Below, in pieces: positions 29,092 to 39,617 of a stretch of 64,000 nucleotides of DNA. Position 1 is the stretch's first letter. Every line of letters starts with the position of its first letter. The stretch spans positions 192,001 to 256,000 of the forward strand of contig CAWFFN010000007.1 in NCBI GenBank assembly GCA_963815115.1, given 5' to 3'. The stretch comes from an uncultured delta proteobacterium (lineage in GTDB: Bacteria; Desulfobacterota; Binatia; DP-6). The notes under the pieces were generated by a model. The model was not told the origin of the DNA. It was given only the letters and a program-made list of their open reading frames with translations, and did not search any database. The translations under genes and the position numbers were made by a program.

Positions 29092-29913
29092 CTAGCCGTC
29101 GATGCCGAAGCGCAAGAGCAGATGCGCGTAGGGCTCCGGCTGCTCGAGCCCGATCAGGTGACCGGCATGCGGAATCGTCTCGAGACGCGCGTGTGGAATC
29201 TTCTCCCGGAATATGTTGCCGTACGACGGCGCCACGAAGCGATCGCCAGCGCCCCAGACGACGAGGGTGGGTGCGGTGATGCGGGGCAGCCGCTTCTCCA
29301 GCCCGTGCTCCGGGATCGGGAAGTGAAACTTGGCGGCCGTCCGGAAGCCGCGCACGAGGCTGATCAGGAGCTCGACCTGGTCCTCGGTGCGGTCGTCCTT
29401 CTCGCTGATCAACCCCGTGAGCGCGAGCATCTGCTGGGCCGCGGGGCAGGACTGATCGTGGAAGAGATACGGCACCAGCTCGTGCGTCATGTGCCCGAAG
29501 AGGTCGACGACGGGCGCCTCGTCGCGCCACAGACCGATCGGTGCCGCCAGCGCCAGGCGGCCGACCTCCCGCGGGCGCAGGGCAGCGATCTCGGCCGCCA
29601 GCCAGCCGCCCAGGGACTCGCCGACGACGTACGGGCGCTCGATCTCGAGCGCCTCCATGACGTCGAAGACGTGGAAGAACAGATCCCACTGGTCGTCCAG
29701 CAGCTCGAGGCCCGTCGACCGACCGAAGCCGGGGAGGAGCGGTGCGTAGATGCGGTAGTTGCGCGAGAGCAGGGGCAGGGCGCCCTCCCAGGCCGCGACC
29801 CCGCCGGCGCCGTGCAGGAAGAGGAGCGGGTCTCCGGCTCCGCCCTCGAGCACCTCGATCGTCGGACGGCCCCGTCCGAGGTCGAGCATCCGCGACGACG
29901 GCACATCGCTCAT
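29092..29913 (-). CDS. alpha/beta hydrolase
   Basis: LHGAGG, GESLGG nucleophile elbow, AGH; ATGA-coupled to the LLM gene. Confidence 0.9.
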   Translation of the reverse strand: MSDVPSSRMLDLGRGRPTIEVLEGGAGDPLLFLHGAGGVAAWEGALPLLSRNYRIYAPLLPGFGRSTGLELLDDQWDLFFHVFDVMEALEIERPYVVGESLGGWLAAEIAALRPREVGRLALAAPIGLWRDEAPVVDLFGHMTHELVPYLFHDQSCPAAQQMLALTGLISEKDDRTEDQVELLISLVRGFRTAAKFHFPIPEHGLEKRLPRITAPTLVVWGAGDRFVAPSYGNIFREKIPHARLETIPHAGHLIGLEQPEPYAHLLLRFGIDG

Positions 29914-31169
29914 GCCGCCGCTCCCACGTGCGACGCGCCGTCGACGAACTGGCCCGGCTTGCTGCGCGCGCTCGCGGCGAGCGGCTTCGGCCAGACGACG
30001 TCCTCGTAGTCGGAGAACATCGGGCGCAGGTGCGGCATGACCTGGGTGGCGAAGAGCTCCGTGCTGCGCTTCACCAGATCGACCGGAGCCGAGCCGATGT
30101 GCAGCCCGAGCGCCAGGTGCCCGACGCGCAGCGAGCGGGCCAGCTCCTCGAGCTGCTGGCGTACCGTCTCGGGCGAGCCGGCGACGATGTAGCGCTGCTC
30201 GCACAGCTCCTTCCAGGTCTTGTTCATGCCCATGTTGCCGGTGGTGTTGCCGATCTGGGCGACGACGCCGGCGCGCAGGGACGCCTCGGTGCGATAGCCG
30301 GGCGCTTCCGCCATGCCGGGGTAGAGGTGCAGGCACTTGTTGAAGAAGTAGTCGACGTGCGGCCACCACTCGCGCTCGCAGGCCTCGTCGGTGTCGCTGA
30401 CGCAGACCTGCTGGAAGAACGCGGCGGTGTAGGGATTCTCCGGCTTGTTCCGCTTCGCCATGTGCTCCCAGTAGCCCTCCATCATGCGCTGCGCGCGCTT
30501 GTAGCCGCTGAAGGAGAGGTAGCTGTAGTTGTAGCCGTGCTCGATGCAGAAGTCCCAGGTCTCGATCGAGCCGAGCCCGGGGATCCAGATCGGCGGGTGC
30601 GGCTTCTGGATGGGCTGGGGCCAGAGGTTGACGTAGCGCAGCTTGGTGTACTTCCCGTTCCAGGCGAACGGCTCGCGCTCCGCCCAGGCCTTGATGATCA
30701 GGTCGTGCGCCTCGCGGTACTTGTCGCGCAGCGTGGCCGGGTTCTCGCCGTAGCAGTAGTTGGTGTCCATCGACGTCCCGACCGGGAACCCCGCGATCAG
30801 CCGGCCGCCGGTGATGACGTCCAGCATCGCGAACTCCTCGGCGACGCGGATGGGCGGGTTGTAGAGCGCGATCGAGTTGCCCAGCACCAGGATCATGGCG
30901 TTGGTCGTGCGCCTGGCGAGCGCCCCGGCCATGATGTTGGGCGATGGCATCATGCCGTAGGCGTTCTGGTGGTGCTCGTTCACGCCGATGGCGTCGAAGC
31001 CCACGCGGTCGGCGTACTCGAGGGTGTCGAGGTACTCGTTGTAGAGCTGGTGGCCGCGCTCCGGGTCGTAGAGTCGGTTCGGGACGTCGACCCACACCCC
31101 GTGATAGCGCTCGCGGAAGTCGGCAGGCAGCCAGCGCCACGGCATCAGATGGAACCAGCTGAATTTCAT
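29910..31169 (-). CDS. LLM-class flavin-dependent oxidoreductase
   Basis: NEHH, PIRVAEEFAMLD, GGRLIAG, PIQKPHPPIW; SD before the ATG at 31169. Confidence 0.93.
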   Translation of the reverse strand: MKFSWFHLMPWRWLPADFRERYHGVWVDVPNRLYDPERGHQLYNEYLDTLEYADRVGFDAIGVNEHHQNAYGMMPSPNIMAGALARRTTNAMILVLGNSIALYNPPIRVAEEFAMLDVITGGRLIAGFPVGTSMDTNYCYGENPATLRDKYREAHDLIIKAWAEREPFAWNGKYTKLRYVNLWPQPIQKPHPPIWIPGLGSIETWDFCIEHGYNYSYLSFSGYKRAQRMMEGYWEHMAKRNKPENPYTAAFFQQVCVSDTDEACEREWWPHVDYFFNKCLHLYPGMAEAPGYRTEASLRAGVVAQIGNTTGNMGMNKTWKELCEQRYIVAGSPETVRQQLEELARSLRVGHLALGLHIGSAPVDLVKRSTELFATQVMPHLRPMFSDYEDVVWPKPLAASARSKPGQFVDGASHVGAAA

Positions 31170-31301
31170 GGTCTCCTCCTCGTGCGCCGGGGCGGCGCGG
31201 GCTCGGTCAGGCGTGACATGGCAGATGCGGAAAGGCAAGGGTGATGGTGGACGCGGCGCGTCCTTGGCGGGCGCGGGTGTTTCTGGCTAAGAAGGCGGGC
31301 A

Positions 31302-32996
31302 ATGAGCGACCTGGTCATCCGCGACGCGCTGCTGTGCGACGGCTCGGGGCGCGAGGCTCGGCGGGGCGACCTCGCCGTCGAGGACGGCCGGATCAGGGCC
31401 GTGGGCACGGTGGCGGCGCGCGGGACGATCGAGCTCGACGCCGGTGGTCTCGCCCTCGCGCCGGGCTTCATCGACCTGCACACGCACTACGACTGCCAGC
31501 TCTTCTGGGATCCGTCGGCGAGCCCGTCGCCGTGGCACGGCGTGACGACCGTGGTGATGGGCAACTGCGGCTTCACCGTCGCCCCGTGCCTCCCCGAGCA
31601 CCGCGAGACCCTCATGCGGTTGCTGCAGTTCGTCGAGGGCATGCCGCTCGAGTCGCTGCGCGCGGGGCTGCCGTGGACGTGGGAGGACTATCCCGACTAC
31701 CTGACGGCGCTCGAGACCCGTGGGGTCGGGGTGAACGTTGCCTCGTTCGTCGGCCACTCCGCGATTCGGGTGCGCGTGATGGGCGAGGCCGCCACCGAGC
31801 GCGCGGCCACCGCCGAGGAGCGCGCGGCGATGGCGGCGCTGGTGCGGGAGGCCGTGACGGCCGGCGCGATCGGCTGGTCGACGTCGCTCTCGCCCACGCA
31901 CTTCTTCGCCGACGACGGCAGGCCCGCGCCGAGCCGGGCGGCCGAACGCGGCGAGCTGGTCGAACTCGCCGAGGCGCTGCGGGGCTTCGACCGCGGCGTC
32001 ATCGAGGTGGCGCCGCAAACGGTGATCGGGTCGGTCGAGGACAAGCTCGCCGATCAGGAGTTCTTCGCCGAGCTGGCGCGTGCCAGCGGCAAGATCGTCT
32101 CCTGGGCGCCGCTGCTCGCGAGCCCCTTCCTGCCCGACGTGGGCCCGCGCTGCCTCGATGCGGCGGCGGAGATGCAGCGCGACGGGACCATGGTCGTCCC
32201 GCAGGTAGGCTGCCGGCCTCTGGAGCTGCGCTTCGACTTCGCGACCCCCGGCTTCGGGCTCGACAACAACGGCTTCTGGCGGCCCATCATGGCGAAGCCG
32301 CGCGCCGAGCGGCGGCGGCTGTTCGCCGACCCCGAGTTCCGCGGCGAGCTGGGAGCCATCCGGGGGCCGTTCGTGGCCGCCCTCGCCCAGGGCTGGGAGC
32401 GCCTGGTGCTTCGCATGCCGGGCTCGGAGCGCACGACGCGCTGGCAGGACCGGAGCGTGGTGGAGATTGCGGCGGAGCGCGGCACCAGCGCGCTCGACGC
32501 CTTCTGCGACACCGTGCTGGACGACGATCTCGAAGGCCAGTGGGGCGCCCTGATGCTCAACTTCGACGAAGCGGCGGTGGCGGCGATGCTGCGTCACCCC
32601 GCGGGGGTGATCGCGCTCTCCGACGCGGGCGCGCACATGGACACGCTGTGCGACCAGGGGTTCACGACCTATCTCCTCGGCCACTGGGTACGCGAGCGCG
32701 GTGCGCTCGCGCTCGAGGAGGCCGTGCGGCTCGTCACCAGCGTGCCCGCGGAGCGCTACGGCCTCGTGGGCCGCGGGCGTCTCGCCCCGGGCCTCGCGGC
32801 CGATCTGGTGCTCTTCGATCCCCGTCGCGTCGGCACCAGCCCCACGACGATGGTCTACGATCTCCCGCAGCGCCAGCGCCGCCTGCTCCAGGGCGCGGAG
32901 GGTGTCGAGCACGTGCTGGTGAACGGGGTCGCCGTGGTGGAGCGCGGCGTGCCCACCGGCCGGCGTGGAGGCCGCATCCTGCGCGGCGGGACCTGA
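31302..32996 (+). CDS. N-acyl-D-amino-acid deacylase family amidohydrolase
   Basis: PGFIDLHTHYD, GVTTVVMGNCG, SDAGAH, ADLVLFDP. Confidence 0.92.
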   Translation: MSDLVIRDALLCDGSGREARRGDLAVEDGRIRAVGTVAARGTIELDAGGLALAPGFIDLHTHYDCQLFWDPSASPSPWHGVTTVVMGNCGFTVAPCLPEHRETLMRLLQFVEGMPLESLRAGLPWTWEDYPDYLTALETRGVGVNVASFVGHSAIRVRVMGEAATERAATAEERAAMAALVREAVTAGAIGWSTSLSPTHFFADDGRPAPSRAAERGELVELAEALRGFDRGVIEVAPQTVIGSVEDKLADQEFFAELARASGKIVSWAPLLASPFLPDVGPRCLDAAAEMQRDGTMVVPQVGCRPLELRFDFATPGFGLDNNGFWRPIMAKPRAERRRLFADPEFRGELGAIRGPFVAALAQGWERLVLRMPGSERTTRWQDRSVVEIAAERGTSALDAFCDTVLDDDLEGQWGALMLNFDEAAVAAMLRHPAGVIALSDAGAHMDTLCDQGFTTYLLGHWVRERGALALEEAVRLVTSVPAERYGLVGRGRLAPGLAADLVLFDPRRVGTSPTTMVYDLPQRQRRLLQGAEGVEHVLVNGVAVVERGVPTGRRGGRILRGGT

Positions 32997-33017
32997 GACC
33001 AGCGGTACGGGAGACGC

Positions 33018-33653
33018 ATGAGGACGGACGACGAAGCCCGGCGGCAGATCGTCGAGATCGCGAACGATCTCTTCGCCATGGGCCAGCTCACGCCGACCGG
33101 CGGCAACATCAGCGCCCGGGCAGCCGACGACGACAAGATCTGGATCACGCCGAGCCAGCTCTACAAGGGCAGTCTCGCGGCCGACTCCCTGCTCTGCATC
33201 ATGGCCGATGGCACGCTCGTCGCCGGCGAGGGCAAGCCATCGGTCGAGTACCAGATGCACTGGCAGTCCTACGGGGCGCGGCCGGAAGCGACGGCGGCGG
33301 TACACACCCACGCGCCGTACGTCACCGCCTTCGGCATCACCAACCAGAAGTTCCCGCCCATCAACACCGACGCGATCTTCCTGGCCGACACGCAGATCGT
33401 GCCCTGGCTGATGCCCGGCTCCAGGGAGCTGGCGGACGCGGTCGGCGAGGCGCTCAAGGTGAGCCGCGGCGCCATCCTTCAGTGTCACGGGCTGATGGCC
33501 GTCGGCAAGACCATGCGCGACGCCGCCACCCGGGCGATGATGCTCGAGGAGACGGCGAAGCTGGTCGTCTACTGCAAGCAGTTCGGCGGCGAGCTGGCGT
33601 TGATCCCGCCGGAATGGGTGGAACGCCTGGCCTCGGTGGCGAGTTTCCTCTGA
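33018..33653 (+). CDS. class II aldolase/adducin family protein
   Basis: GGNISAR, ITPS, PSVE..H, VHTH, CHG. Confidence 0.9.
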   Translation: MRTDDEARRQIVEIANDLFAMGQLTPTGGNISARAADDDKIWITPSQLYKGSLAADSLLCIMADGTLVAGEGKPSVEYQMHWQSYGARPEATAAVHTHAPYVTAFGITNQKFPPINTDAIFLADTQIVPWLMPGSRELADAVGEALKVSRGAILQCHGLMAVGKTMRDAATRAMMLEETAKLVVYCKQFGGELALIPPEWVERLASVASFL

Positions 33654-33660
33654 GACGCGC

Positions 33661-34446
33661 TCAGGGCCGTCGCAGGAAGAGCGACGCTGCCATCGCGCAG
33701 CCGACCCCGATCACGAAGGCGCGCACGGCGCTCGCAGGCATGCGTCGCGCCAGCCGGGCGCTCAGCCACGAACCCGCGATCTGACCGGCCGTGAGGACGG
33801 CGGCATCCGGCCAGTCGACCGTGCCGCGCAGGATGAAGTAGACGGCGGCGATCCCGTTGATCCAGATCGCGTAGACGTTGCGGAGCGCGATCATGCGATG
33901 AATGGCGGTGAAGCCGACCAGCGCCAGGCCGGCGAGCATCATGATGCCGATGCCCGCGCCGAAGTAGCCGCCGTAGAGCGAGACGAGGAACTGGTAGAGC
34001 AGCACGCGCCCCCAGCGCGGATGCGAGGGCACGCCGTGGTCGCGTCCGCCCTCGGCGGTCGCGTGACGGCGAGCAAAGCGCGTGATCGGCGCCGAGAGGG
34101 CGAAGAGCGCCGTCGCGAACGCGATCAGCCACGGCACGAGCCCCTCGAAGAGCTGCGACGGCGTCCGCAGCAGCAGCCATCCGCCGGCGTAGCCCCCCAG
34201 GATCGACGGAATGCTGCCCCAGACCACCCAGCGCTCGAGCCCCTCCAGCTCGTGGCGGAAGCCGTGGAGCGCTGCCACCGACCCGGGTGCGAGCGAGACC
34301 GTGTTGGTCGCGTTGGCGAGGATGGGCTCCCGCCCGAGCCAGATCAGGATCGGGAAGGTGATCAGCGAGCCGCCACCGGCAACGGCGTTGACGGCTCCCG
34401 CGACGGTCGACGCGGCGAGGAGGATCAGGGCGTGGGACGAGGGCAG
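33661..34446 (-). CDS. TauE/SafE sulfite exporter family protein (putative CTG start)
   Basis: AGAVNAVAGGGSLITFP, ANATNT, YGGYFGAGIG; first plausible start is CTG at 34446. Confidence 0.85.
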   Translation of the reverse strand: MPSSHALILLAASTVAGAVNAVAGGGSLITFPILIWLGREPILANATNTVSLAPGSVAALHGFRHELEGLERWVVWGSIPSILGGYAGGWLLLRTPSQLFEGLVPWLIAFATALFALSAPITRFARRHATAEGGRDHGVPSHPRWGRVLLYQFLVSLYGGYFGAGIGIMMLAGLALVGFTAIHRMIALRNVYAIWINGIAAVYFILRGTVDWPDAAVLTAGQIAGSWLSARLARRMPASAVRAFVIGVGCAMAASLFLRRP

Positions 34447-34452
34447 GGGACC

Positions 34453-34920
34453 TCAGTAGACGCCTGCACCGAGCTTTGCGTGGTCCCAGCTCGAGATCCG
34501 CTCCGGCCGCACGCGGATGATGCAGCGCTTGCTGGCCTGCCCGCGGAGCGCGTCGCGCAGTCCCTCGGTCACGATGGCGGGATTGTATTTCCGTTGCACC
34601 GCCTCGAGGACGTCGAGGACATGCTCGGTGTCGTCGTCGATCGACGCTCGCCCGCGGATGATCAGTCCCTTCAGCTCGACGTAGGTGCGACCGCTCTCCA
34701 CCAGGAGCGTGCAGCGCGGATCGCGTCGCAGGTCGAGCGCCTTCTGCGACTTCCGGAACGTGGTCATGGCCACTACGCCGTCGGGGTCGACGAGGTACCA
34801 CATCGGCACCGGGAGCGGGAAGCCGTGGCGGCCGTTGCTCACCAGGATGATGGTGTGGGACTGCGCGAGGTACTCGCGTTGCTCCTCCGCCGTGAGGGCG
34901 ATCTGCGCGCGTCGATTCAT
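34453..34920 (-). CDS. PPOX-class (probably F420-dependent) oxidoreductase
   Basis: GFPLPVPMWY, SQKA..LRRDPRCTLLVESG..Y.ELKG, SWDHAKL. Confidence 0.88.
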   Translation of the reverse strand: MNRRAQIALTAEEQREYLAQSHTIILVSNGRHGFPLPVPMWYLVDPDGVVAMTTFRKSQKALDLRRDPRCTLLVESGRTYVELKGLIIRGRASIDDDTEHVLDVLEAVQRKYNPAIVTEGLRDALRGQASKRCIIRVRPERISSWDHAKLGAGVY

Positions 34921-34983
34921 GGCGGCCCTGCGTATCCCGGGCCGCGCTTTTTTTCCAGCCGGCGAGCCGATATGCATCACGGG

Positions 34984-35492
34984 ATGCGACGTGAGATATA
35001 CGCCGGGCGCATCGTCGACCTCGGCATCGAGCGGGTGACGCTGCCGAACGGGGCCGAGGTCGATCTCGAGGTCATCCGCCACAAGGGGGCGGCGGCGGTC
35101 GTCGCCCTGGACGACGCGGAGTGCGTCGTGCTGATCCGCCAGTTCCGCCACGCGGCGGGCGGCTACGTCTGGGAGCTGCCGGCCGGGGTGCTCGACCATC
35201 GGGGCGAGTCGCCGGAGTCGTGCGCGGCGCGAGAGCTTCGCGAGGAGACCGGCCTGTGCGCAGGGCGCCTCGCGCCCCTCGGGGCCATCCTGACGACTCC
35301 GGGCTTCACGGACGAGCGCATCCATCTCTTCGTGGCGCACGACCTGGCGCAGGCGGAAGTCGCGCGCGATCACGATGAGGTGATCGCCGAGATCGCCCGT
35401 GTTCCGCTGGACGAGGCGCTGGCCATGGTCCGGCGGGGCGAGATCGTCGATGCCAAGACCATCTGCGGACTTCACCTCGCGGCGGAGGCGGC

Positions 35493-35496
<4 letters not shown>
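34984..35496 (+). CDS. NUDIX hydrolase (ADP-ribose pyrophosphatase-like)
   Basis: ELPAG..E..CAARELREETG Nudix box, QFRH, DAKT. Confidence 0.92.
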
Positions 35497-36530
<1,034 letters not shown>

Positions 36531-36972
36531 TCAAGGGATTCTCGGGGTTTGACAGCGATGTCACCGCGGCCTCGACCGCGCCGCGGCGGGATTGGACTGC
36601 GCCGCGGCTCGCGTGTTCACGGAGCCGCGCCGTACGATGGGGACGGTTGCCGGCACGTGACCGTACGGAATTCCCCCGGCGGCGTTTCGCGGGGTTGGGA
36701 AAAGACGGCCGTTTCATTCCGACCGATGCGGCTGGGTTGCCGCGTTCCCGGGTGTACTCCCAGGGGAAGGCGGAGGGCATGATCGTTGCTCCGAACGCGC
36801 CCGAGAAGAGGTCAGATGCGCAGATGAAATGAAGAATGACCCAGAAAGGCCCCCGCGAGGTTCCTCCGAGTCAGTCGACTAGCGGGCGGCAACCGTCGAG
36901 CACGTGCACAGGTCGATCGCCGACCTTCCACTCGTCGGCGCGCCAGCGAGGGAAGGTCAAAGGAGAGAGTTG

Positions 36973-38238
36973 ATGAACATGGGTCGTTCCTGGTGTGCCG
37001 CAATCGCACTGGTCCTGTCGGCGCTCGCCGCGAGCGTGCATGCCGACGTTGTCCCCGGCGACAAGATCGACGGGACGAACGTGGCGAAGGCAAAAGACCT
37101 GATCTCGCCGGGACTCGAGTGGTGCATCAAGCGGGGATTCCCGATCACGGTCGGCGAGACCAAGCGGATCGAGTGGCCGAAGGCGTACAAGGAGGCCACC
37201 GAGAAGTACGCGCCGCAGGTAAAGCTGTCGGCGGACGGCCTCACCGTGAGCAACTATGTCGCGGGTCAGCCGTTCCCGAACCTCGATCCCAAGGACCCGC
37301 AGTTCCCTGTCAAGATCATGTGGAACTACGAGTACGGGTTCGCGAACGGGCTGGACGACACCGACCTGCGCAACTTCGACGCCGACACGGGCACGATCCC
37401 GCAGAACGGCCCCATGACGGTCGAGCGGCACTTCCTGCTCGATCACTTGCGCCGCCTGTTCTGGACTGGCCGGCTCTACGTCGATCCCAAGCCCGAAAAG
37501 CCGAACCCGAACGGCTACCGGGTGCAGCAGGGGCTGTATCCCATCCTCGAACCCTTCGACCTGAAGGGGGTGGGCGGGCTCGGCAACCGCTACATCGAGT
37601 CCGGCAAGCAGGACGACTCCTGGCTCTACCTGCCGTCATTGCGGCGCGTGCGGCGGCTGTCGACGGCGCAGCGCTCCGACGCGCTCTTCGGCCAGGACGT
37701 CGACATCGACAGCTACTACGGCTACGCCGGGCAAGTCTCCTGGATGGACTGGAAGTACCTCGGTGAGAAGGAGGTCCTGGGCCCGGTGCACGCAGAACAC
37801 TTCCCGGTGAAGTGGAACTCCAAGATCGACTGGGCCTTCGACGACGTGTGGGAGAAGCGCAAGGTCTACGTCGTCGAGGGCACGTCGAAGCTGCCCCAGT
37901 ATGCGTACTCCAAGCGGGTGCTGTTCATCGACAAGGAGTCCTGGGGCGTCATATTCAGCGACATCTATGACCGCTCCGGAGAGCTGTGGAAGGTCTGGAT
38001 CAACGACGTCAGCTTCCGGAAGTCGGTTCCGGGGAACAATGCGATCGTGTACGAGGATGAGATGCCCTTCGCGCCCGCCATCGTCATGGTCGATCTGCAG
38101 CTCGAGCACGCGACCAAGGCGTCGCTGCCGAGCCCGCGTTTCCCCGGCGAGCAGGGGTGGTACTTCCACCAGGGCGAGAAGGCGGGGGCCACCGACGACT
38201 GGTTCACGGTCGCTGCGCTGGTGGCGGCAGGGCGGTGA
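36973..38238 (+). CDS. DUF1329-family secreted protein
   Basis: Signal peptide, WLYLPSLRRVRR, YSKRVLFIDKE, YDRSGELWK. Confidence 0.85.
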   Translation: MNMGRSWCAAIALVLSALAASVHADVVPGDKIDGTNVAKAKDLISPGLEWCIKRGFPITVGETKRIEWPKAYKEATEKYAPQVKLSADGLTVSNYVAGQPFPNLDPKDPQFPVKIMWNYEYGFANGLDDTDLRNFDADTGTIPQNGPMTVERHFLLDHLRRLFWTGRLYVDPKPEKPNPNGYRVQQGLYPILEPFDLKGVGGLGNRYIESGKQDDSWLYLPSLRRVRRLSTAQRSDALFGQDVDIDSYYGYAGQVSWMDWKYLGEKEVLGPVHAEHFPVKWNSKIDWAFDDVWEKRKVYVVEGTSKLPQYAYSKRVLFIDKESWGVIFSDIYDRSGELWKVWINDVSFRKSVPGNNAIVYEDEMPFAPAIVMVDLQLEHATKASLPSPRFPGEQGWYFHQGEKAGATDDWFTVAALVAAGR

Positions 38239-38412
38239 TCCGAGGTCGGTGAGGGTCCCGAACCCGCTGACGGCCGTGATGCCGCCCCGGGAGAAGCTCA
38301 ACCCGGGACGGCTGGCGGGCGTTCATCCGTCTGTACCGGCCGCACGCGGTTGGAGCGTGGCGTCAGAAGCGCGGACCGACTACTCGACGCCGATGGGCTC
38401 GCTGTTTCTTGC

Positions 38413-39609
38413 ATGGACCGGCATTTCGCTGTGAGCGCATCGGCCGGCTGCCCACCGCCAGTCGGGCCGGAACGCGAGCTCGGCCGGCTACGCGAACTTG
38501 CAGCCGTATTCTTGCGCTTGGGGCTCACCGCGTTCGGCGGTCCCGCCGCGCACATCGCCATGATGGAAGACGAGGCCGTCGTGCGCCGGCAGTGGATCAC
38601 GCGCGAACGATTCCTCGACCTGCTCGGCGTCTCCAACCTCCTCCCCGGTCCGAGCTCCAGTGAGGTGGCGATCTACCTCGGCTACGTGCGCGCCGGCTGG
38701 CCCGGGTTGGTGGTCGGGGGTGCCTGCTTCATCGTGCCGGCCGCGTTGCTGGTTGCCGTACTCGCGTGGATGTACACCCGATTCGGCTCGCTGCCGGAGA
38801 TGGCGGGCGTACTCTACGGCATCAGGCCGGTCGTCGTGGCGATCATCCTTCAGGCGGTCTGGCGGCTCGGCTGGGCGGCGATCAAGGATGGGTTCTCGGT
38901 GGGGGTCGGGGTCGCCGCAGCCACGCTGACCGTTGCCGGGGTGGCACCCGTCACGGTACTCCTCGTCTCGGGCATCGCCATCGCCGGAATGCGTCACGCC
39001 AGACAGGTCGGCCGGGGCGGCGTCGCAGTCGCGTTGCCGCTCGCGTCCTCGGTCGCCGCCGGTGCCGGCGGGAGTCCGGTCGCGCTCACGAGCCTGTTTC
39101 TCGTCTTCGTGAAGATCGGGGCGCTCGTCTTCGGCAGCGGGTATGTGCTGCTGGCGTTCCTGCGGGCCGATCTGGTCGAACGGCTGCAATGGCTCACCGA
39201 GCATCAGTTGCTGGACGCGGTGGCGGTGGGACAGGTGACGCCGGGACCGGTCTTCACGACGGCCACCTTCATCGGCTACCTGCTCGCGGGCTGGGCGGGC
39301 GCGTGCGTCGCCACCCTGGGCATCTTCCTGCCGGCCTTCGTGCTCGTCGGCGCGAGCGGTCCATTCCTGCCGTTCCTCCGCGAATCCCGCCTCGTCGCGT
39401 CGATCCTCGATGGCGTGACGATCGGCGCCCTCGCGCTGATGGCGGTCGTCACCTGGCAACTCGGCCGCGCAGCCGTCGTGGATGTCCATACGGCGGTGCT
39501 CGCAATCGGGAGCGCTGTCCTGCTCGTCCGCTTCCGGCTCAATGCGAGTTGGTTGATCGTCGCCGGCGCGGGGGCCGGGACGATTCTCGGCATCGTGCGG
39601 GCACCGTAG
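38413..39609 (+). CDS. chrA: chromate efflux transporter
   Basis: FGGPAAH, LPGPSS, FGSGY, TPGP; start approximate. Confidence 0.92.
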   Translation: MDRHFAVSASAGCPPPVGPERELGRLRELAAVFLRLGLTAFGGPAAHIAMMEDEAVVRRQWITRERFLDLLGVSNLLPGPSSSEVAIYLGYVRAGWPGLVVGGACFIVPAALLVAVLAWMYTRFGSLPEMAGVLYGIRPVVVAIILQAVWRLGWAAIKDGFSVGVGVAAATLTVAGVAPVTVLLVSGIAIAGMRHARQVGRGGVAVALPLASSVAAGAGGSPVALTSLFLVFVKIGALVFGSGYVLLAFLRADLVERLQWLTEHQLLDAVAVGQVTPGPVFTTATFIGYLLAGWAGACVATLGIFLPAFVLVGASGPFLPFLRESRLVASILDGVTIGALALMAVVTWQLGRAAVVDVHTAVLAIGSAVLLVRFRLNASWLIVAGAGAGTILGIVRAP

Positions 39610-39617
39610 GGTCGACG

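Noticed and set aside
34453-34455. Selenocysteine read-through of the in-frame TGA
   Set aside because: The codon lies between domains, not at a Cys-homologous site, and no SECIS-like hairpin follows
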